From: an uncultured cyanobacterium
GTDB taxonomy: Bacteria; Cyanobacteriota; Cyanobacteriia; Cyanobacteriales; CAWCAG01
DNA: 64,000 bases
Direction of reading: 5' to 3'
NCBI GenBank assembly: GCA_963793425.1
Contig: CAWCAG010000005.1
Span: 1,525,178-1,589,177, forward strand
Shown: positions 60,205-64,000 of the stretch, one piece after another
How positions within the stretch are numbered: position 1 is the stretch's first letter
Layout of the letters: the number at the start of each line of letters is the position of its first letter
Position numbers and translations under genes: made by a program
The notes under the pieces: generated by a model
Database searches by the model: none
The model's input: only the letters and a program-made list of their open reading frames with translations
Told to the model about the DNA's origin: nothing

Positions 60205-60225
60205 GCTGATCACTGATAACTGAAG
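60205..60225. repeat. 7-nt tandem array (ACTGATN x3)
   Basis: gctgatc actgata actgaag, ending 2 nt before the ATG at 60228. Same family as the heptamers at 3888-3958. Confidence 0.7.
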
Positions 60226-60227
60226 AA

Positions 60228-60896
60228 ATGCTTTATCTTAAAAATCTGGTATATCATCCCCCGGCGACTGCCCTTCCTATTCTCAAAGGCATTAATCTAG
60301 AATTAGCCCCCCAGGAATTAGGTTTGATTGTCGGTAAAAGTGGCTCTGGGAAAACCACTTTATTAGAAATTTTGGCAGGATTAGCAGAGAAAACCAGAGG
60401 CGGAATTTTCTGGCAAGACCAAGAGTTAACATCTTTAGATTTACAATACTTAGGGGGTTTGGTTTTCCAGTTTCCCGAAAGACATTTTTGCGGCAGCACT
60501 ATTTTAGAAGAATTGCGGATCGGCCATCCTGAATTGCGTTTTCAACAGGTTAGGGAAGCTTTGCAGGAGGTGGGTTTACAACATCTTCCTTACGCAAATT
60601 CTCCCAATGCTTTGAGCGGAGGGCAGCAGCGCCGTCTCGCTTTAGCAGTACAATTAGTACGTCAACCTAATCTTTTGATGTTAGACGAACCCACAGCAGG
60701 TTTAGATTGGTCAATGCGACAACAACTGGCTAATTTATTGGCTAAGCTGAAAAATCACTGGACTTTATTAGTTGTTACCCACGATCCGGGAGAATTAGCT
60801 AAGATTGCCGATCGTTGTTGGTTAATTGAGGAAGGAGAATTGGAAAGTGTCGAAGCTGATAGTTTGGTGAGGAAGAAGGTTCAAATAGTTGGCTGA
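60228..60896 (+). CDS. ABC transporter ATP-binding protein (ECF/CbiO-like), orphan
   Basis: 222-aa ORF: GKSGSGKTTLLEIL, LSGGQQRRLALAVQL, LLMLDEPTAGLD. No permease gene adjacent. Confidence 0.88.
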   Translation: MLYLKNLVYHPPATALPILKGINLELAPQELGLIVGKSGSGKTTLLEILAGLAEKTRGGIFWQDQELTSLDLQYLGGLVFQFPERHFCGSTILEELRIGHPELRFQQVREALQEVGLQHLPYANSPNALSGGQQRRLALAVQLVRQPNLLMLDEPTAGLDWSMRQQLANLLAKLKNHWTLLVVTHDPGELAKIADRCWLIEEGELESVEADSLVRKKVQIVG

Positions 60897-61177
60897 ATTT
60901 TACTGTCTTACAACAGAAAATTGCCCCGATTCATAACTTAACTTATTAAGTTACTGGGAGCTTATTATTCAAATTTAGAGCCTTCCCTAAAGAATATATA
61001 GTTTAGCTCTACTTGATCGCAGAATGCACTAGCCCAATTATTCCCTAATTGTTCTAAAATCACCCGGTATTTACAGGAATTGGTATCATCTAAATTATAG
61101 AGAAAAAGCAAAGTAAATTGATCAACTTTTAACCTTAAAAAACGACAATTTATTTTCCCCAGCACAAAATATTTATA

Positions 61178-61906
61178 ATGAACAAGCAACCTGAAATCAC
61201 AAAACATAGCGAACTACTCAATCGCTTAGTCTTGAACCGTCGCACCACAGATAAAATTGGTAACGTAGAAAAGATTTGGCTAGATCCTCAAGCCCATCGT
61301 GTACTTGGCTTAGTTTGTAAATCTGGTTTGCTTGGTATTCATAAAGACTTAGTTGCTTGGCAGCAAGTAGAAAAAATTGGCGAAGATGGCATCATAGTCA
61401 ATCTGCCAACTGAAGAAAAAAGTAATGAAAAGCCTGAAAAAGATGAAATCTTAATCGGTCATGAAATTTGGACAGATGAAGGAACTAAGGTAGGTAATTT
61501 AGTAGATTATTTATTTATCCCCGAAACTGGAGAAGTTATTGGCTATTTGTTTGCTTCTAGTGGTTGGCGTGGTGTTGTAGAAGGAGTATATATGCTTACT
61601 CCTGTTGCTATTTCTAGTGTAGGAGATAGAAGAGTAATTGTCTTAGCAACTGCCTTAGAAAATCCTCGCCTATACCAAGAGGGAGTAAACCACAGAATTG
61701 AAGATATCAAAGATTATTTTCAAGAAGATTTAGCCCAAACCAAACAGGATTTACGAACTGCCATTGGCTTACCCAAAAGAGTAGTAGAGCAATTACAAGA
61801 TGCCGCTGAATCAGCTACAGACAAAGTAAAAGATAGGTTCAAAGCTCAACCAGAACCTGATCAAAAAGAGGATGAGAAAATCAAGGATAGCGATCTTGAA
61901 AATTGA
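61178..61906 (+). CDS. PRC-barrel domain protein
   Basis: 242-aa ORF with two PRC-barrel-like modules (LLNRLVLNRRTTDKIGNVEKIWLDPQAHRVLGLV; ILIGHEIWTDEGTKVGNLVDYLFIPETGEVIGYLF) and an acidic C-terminal tail. Confidence 0.8.
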   Translation: MNKQPEITKHSELLNRLVLNRRTTDKIGNVEKIWLDPQAHRVLGLVCKSGLLGIHKDLVAWQQVEKIGEDGIIVNLPTEEKSNEKPEKDEILIGHEIWTDEGTKVGNLVDYLFIPETGEVIGYLFASSGWRGVVEGVYMLTPVAISSVGDRRVIVLATALENPRLYQEGVNHRIEDIKDYFQEDLAQTKQDLRTAIGLPKRVVEQLQDAAESATDKVKDRFKAQPEPDQKEDEKIKDSDLEN

Positions 61907-61927
61907 ATATTAAAAAGGAAAAATAGA

Positions 61928-62272
61928 ATGCAAAGTTTACTGATATTAGCTGTGATTATTGCCATAGTCTCAGTATTTTTCGCTTTACAAAACCCTGTGA
62001 CTGTCACTATTAATTTTATTATTTGGCAGTTTCAAGGCCCTTTAGCATTATTCCTACTCTTGACTTTAGGGGCAGGTGTTGTTGTGGGTTTCCTCTTTTC
62101 TGTACCTGCGGTAGTGAAAAGGAAGCTAAAAACTTTAGGTAAAAATAAAAGAATTAATGAATTAGAAGACGAAATGAATGCTAAGCAAGAGAAAATATTT
62201 GAGCAAGAAAAGAGAATAAAATACTTAGAGCAAACCTTACAACAAAAAAGCAACTTGACAGAAGAAATGTAG
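61928..62272 (+). CDS. LapA/DUF1049-family small membrane protein
   Basis: 114-aa ORF with two TM helices followed by a Lys/Glu coiled-coil tail, 21 nt after the PRC-barrel gene. Confidence 0.75.
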   Translation: MQSLLILAVIIAIVSVFFALQNPVTVTINFIIWQFQGPLALFLLLTLGAGVVVGFLFSVPAVVKRKLKTLGKNKRINELEDEMNAKQEKIFEQEKRIKYLEQTLQQKSNLTEEM

Positions 62273-62301
62273 GTAAACAATCTAAGACTTAATCTTTGCT
62301 A

Positions 62302-62330
62302 ATAGTTCAATGTTTGATGTTCAATGATTC
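62302..62330. repeat. 7-nt tandem array (AATGTTC family, 4 units)
   Basis: atagttc aatgttt gatgttc aatgatt. The last unit contains the nanE start codon (62324). Confidence 0.75.
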
Positions 62331-63004
62331 TATCTTCCTTAAAAAATAACCTCATCGTTTCCTGTCAAGCGCCAAAAAATTCCCCTTTACATAATCCCTT
62401 AATAATTGCAGCTATAGCAAAAGTAGCAATCAACTGTGGTGCAATGGGGGTACGGCTAGATACTCCTGATCATGTTCAAGCAGTCCGAGAAAACATTGGC
62501 GATGTACCAATTATTGGCTTGTGGAAACAGCAAATTCCTGGTTGCGAAGTTTATATTACTCCCCGCTTTAAAGATGCCGCTGCGATCGCTCAAGCGGGTG
62601 CTGATATTATTGCCATTGATGGGACAGCAAGAGAACGTCCTAACGGGGAAACTTTAGAAGAATTAATTCCTCGAATTCACAAAGAATTAGACAAATTAGT
62701 CATGGCTGATGTTGATACCATAGAAAATGCGATTTTAGCAACAAAAGCAGGGGCAGATATTGTCGGTACAACCCTATATGGGTATACATCTCAAACCAAG
62801 GATTTATCTCCTCCTGGTTGGCAATTACTTCAAGAAATGGTCACAAAATTAGCTATCCCCGCCATTTGCGAAGGGGGTATTGCTTCTCCAACTATGGCTA
62901 AAAAAGCGCTAGAATGGGGAGCCTATGCTGTAGTTGTAGGAACTGCCATTACGGGTATTGACCTCCAGATTCAAAATTACGTATCGATGCTTAGTTGTGA
63001 CTAA
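62324..63004 (+). CDS. nanE: N-acetylmannosamine-6-phosphate 2-epimerase
   Basis: 226-aa ORF: LIVSCQAPKNSPLH, GAMGVRLDTP, ADIIAIDGT, ICEGGIASP. This is the NanE TIM-barrel pattern. Confidence 0.85.
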   Translation: MILSSLKNNLIVSCQAPKNSPLHNPLIIAAIAKVAINCGAMGVRLDTPDHVQAVRENIGDVPIIGLWKQQIPGCEVYITPRFKDAAAIAQAGADIIAIDGTARERPNGETLEELIPRIHKELDKLVMADVDTIENAILATKAGADIVGTTLYGYTSQTKDLSPPGWQLLQEMVTKLAIPAICEGGIASPTMAKKALEWGAYAVVVGTAITGIDLQIQNYVSMLSCD

Positions 63005-63571
63005 ATGACTAATTCTTTGCAATTCAGTATCATGTTTCTCTGTTTTTTGACTGCTGGGGCCTTATTTTGGGAAGGAAAGCGACCGAAAATAGAACCAGCG
63101 ATCGCAGCCTCTTCTGAACAAGAATTTATCCCAGCCAAACTAACTTCTTCATCTTTATTACAATTATCAGCCTCTCTAAGTAGTAGTTTAGTAGTTGATT
63201 TAAGCGATCGCACTGTATCTTTCTATGAGTTTGATAAATTAGTTACCAGCTATCCTGTAGCTATTGGTAAGGATGGTTGGGAAACCCCTACAGGTACTTT
63301 TTCAGTCAAAGACATGAATTCTCATCCGGCTTGGTATCAACCCATCACTGGAGAAGTGATTCCCCCTGGTCCTGATAATCCTTTAGGATCAAGGTGGATT
63401 GGTTTTTGGTCTGATGGGGGAGATGTTCACCAAATTGGCTTCCACGGTAGTAATCAAGAAGGTTCAATTGGAGAAGCTGCATCTCACGGCTGTTTACGAA
63501 TGCGTAATGATGACATTGAAAAGATGTACGAACAAGTTAGTGAAGGTACGATAGTTATTGTTCGTAAGTGA
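63005..63571 (+). CDS. L,D-transpeptidase (YkuD domain)
   Basis: 188-aa ORF with an N-terminal TM anchor and YkuD motifs (YPVAIGKDGWETPTGTF..., HGCLRMRNDDI). Its ATG directly abuts the nanE TAA. Confidence 0.88.
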   Translation: MTNSLQFSIMFLCFLTAGALFWEGKRPKIEPAIAASSEQEFIPAKLTSSSLLQLSASLSSSLVVDLSDRTVSFYEFDKLVTSYPVAIGKDGWETPTGTFSVKDMNSHPAWYQPITGEVIPPGPDNPLGSRWIGFWSDGGDVHQIGFHGSNQEGSIGEAASHGCLRMRNDDIEKMYEQVSEGTIVIVRK

Positions 63572-63577
63572 TATCAG

Positions 63578-64000
63578 TTAAAACCCCAAATTTGCCTTAC
63601 CTATCTCCGCCGCCGCAAAAACTTCCTCATCCGACATCTCTTCCCAAGCCGTATCGCCAATTTCAGCGTAGAAAGTTTGGTCATAGGGACGGGTACGCAC
63701 TACCACAGGCATCGGCACGGCATGGCCCAGCACAAGGGCTTGCTGTTTAGAATCAAGTTTAGCCAAAACAGAACGCAAACCACTAGCCCCGGAAACTCCT
63801 GTAAAGATGGCATCAATGTCCTTATCATCGTTAAGCAAACAGGTGATGCGAGTACCTACTTGGGACATCACCTCGTTATCAATACCAGAAGGACGCTGAT
63901 CGACGATTAATAGAGTAACAAAATATTTACGCATTTCCCTGGCAATAGTACCAAAAATAGTTTGGTTAACAATCGCTGAATCGAGGAAGCGATGGGCTTC
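63578..64000 (-). CDS. HerA/FtsK-like (DUF87-type) ATPase, C-terminal part (gene continues beyond the window end)
   Basis: The frame is open to position 64000: EAHRFLDSAIVNQTIFGTIAREMRKYFVTLLIVDQRPSGIDNEVMSQVGTRITCLLNDDKDI... This has the (D)EAHRF Walker-B-proximal motif and the QRPS motif typical of HerA-type P-loop ATPases. Confidence 0.7.
   Translation of the reverse strand, partial: EAHRFLDSAIVNQTIFGTIAREMRKYFVTLLIVDQRPSGIDNEVMSQVGTRITCLLNDDKDIDAIFTGVSGASGLRSVLAKLDSKQQALVLGHAVPMPVVVRTRPYDQTFYAEIGDTAWEEMSDEEVFAAAEIGKANLGF

Noticed and set aside
60965-61207. An 80-aa minus-strand ORF lies in the gap before the PRC-barrel gene (C-terminal half YRVILEQLGNNWASAFCDQVELNYIFFREGSKFE looks vaguely protein-like).
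   Set aside because: Its start overlaps the PRC-barrel gene start by 30 nt, it is Cys/Phe/Leu-rich and AT-driven, and I recognise no motif. It cannot be supported without homology evidence. A GTG at 61165 would give 66 aa if anyone wants to test it.

Overview
This is a 64-kb chromosomal segment from an AT-rich cyanobacterium. The sequence shows this directly through apcE (phycobilisome core-membrane linker), cphB-cphA (cyanophycin), the cyanobacterial atp1-atpI-atpH-atpG-atpF-atpD-atpA-atpC operon with both b and b' subunits, SLH/OprB-type outer-membrane proteins, more than 30 copies (counted by eye) of the HIP1 octamer GCGATCGC, and many 7-nt tandem (STRR-like) arrays at gene boundaries. I annotate about 60 protein genes, one tRNA(CAU), one decayed gene remnant, several hairpin terminators and the repeat families. 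I found no rRNA, CRISPR array, transposase, integrase or phage genes, so most of the window is ordinary core genome (recA, trmL, gshA, trmD, PBP1, ATP synthase, apcE, EPS/LPS glycosyltransferases). I could not recognise a complete known defence or mobile system. Six items are not explained by standard annotation and seem most worth follow-up. (1) An orphan two-gene module: a 58-codon ORF translationally coupled by an ATGA overlap to a 687-aa DndD/Rad50-like coiled-coil ABC ATPase with a central CxC motif (15822-18058). (2) A response regulator with an unusual SLOG/LOG-like + pentapeptide-repeat + REC architecture (39452-40819). (3) A Hanks kinase (followed by an orphan ABC ATPase) divergent from a class A PBP carrying an N-terminal FHA domain (26356-31021). 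(4) A DM13 lipoprotein paired with a six-helix DUF4079-like protein whose four histidines are placed as expected for two b-type haems (35190-36381). (5) A PEP-CTERM / Pro-Asn-repeat / PilZ-like glycosyltransferase neighbourhood (31085-34842). (6) A heptamer-array plus ~25-nt core repeat family that supplies start and stop codons and mini-uORFs to flanking genes. All functional statements come from reading motifs by eye. No database search was run, and novelty claims are hypotheses.
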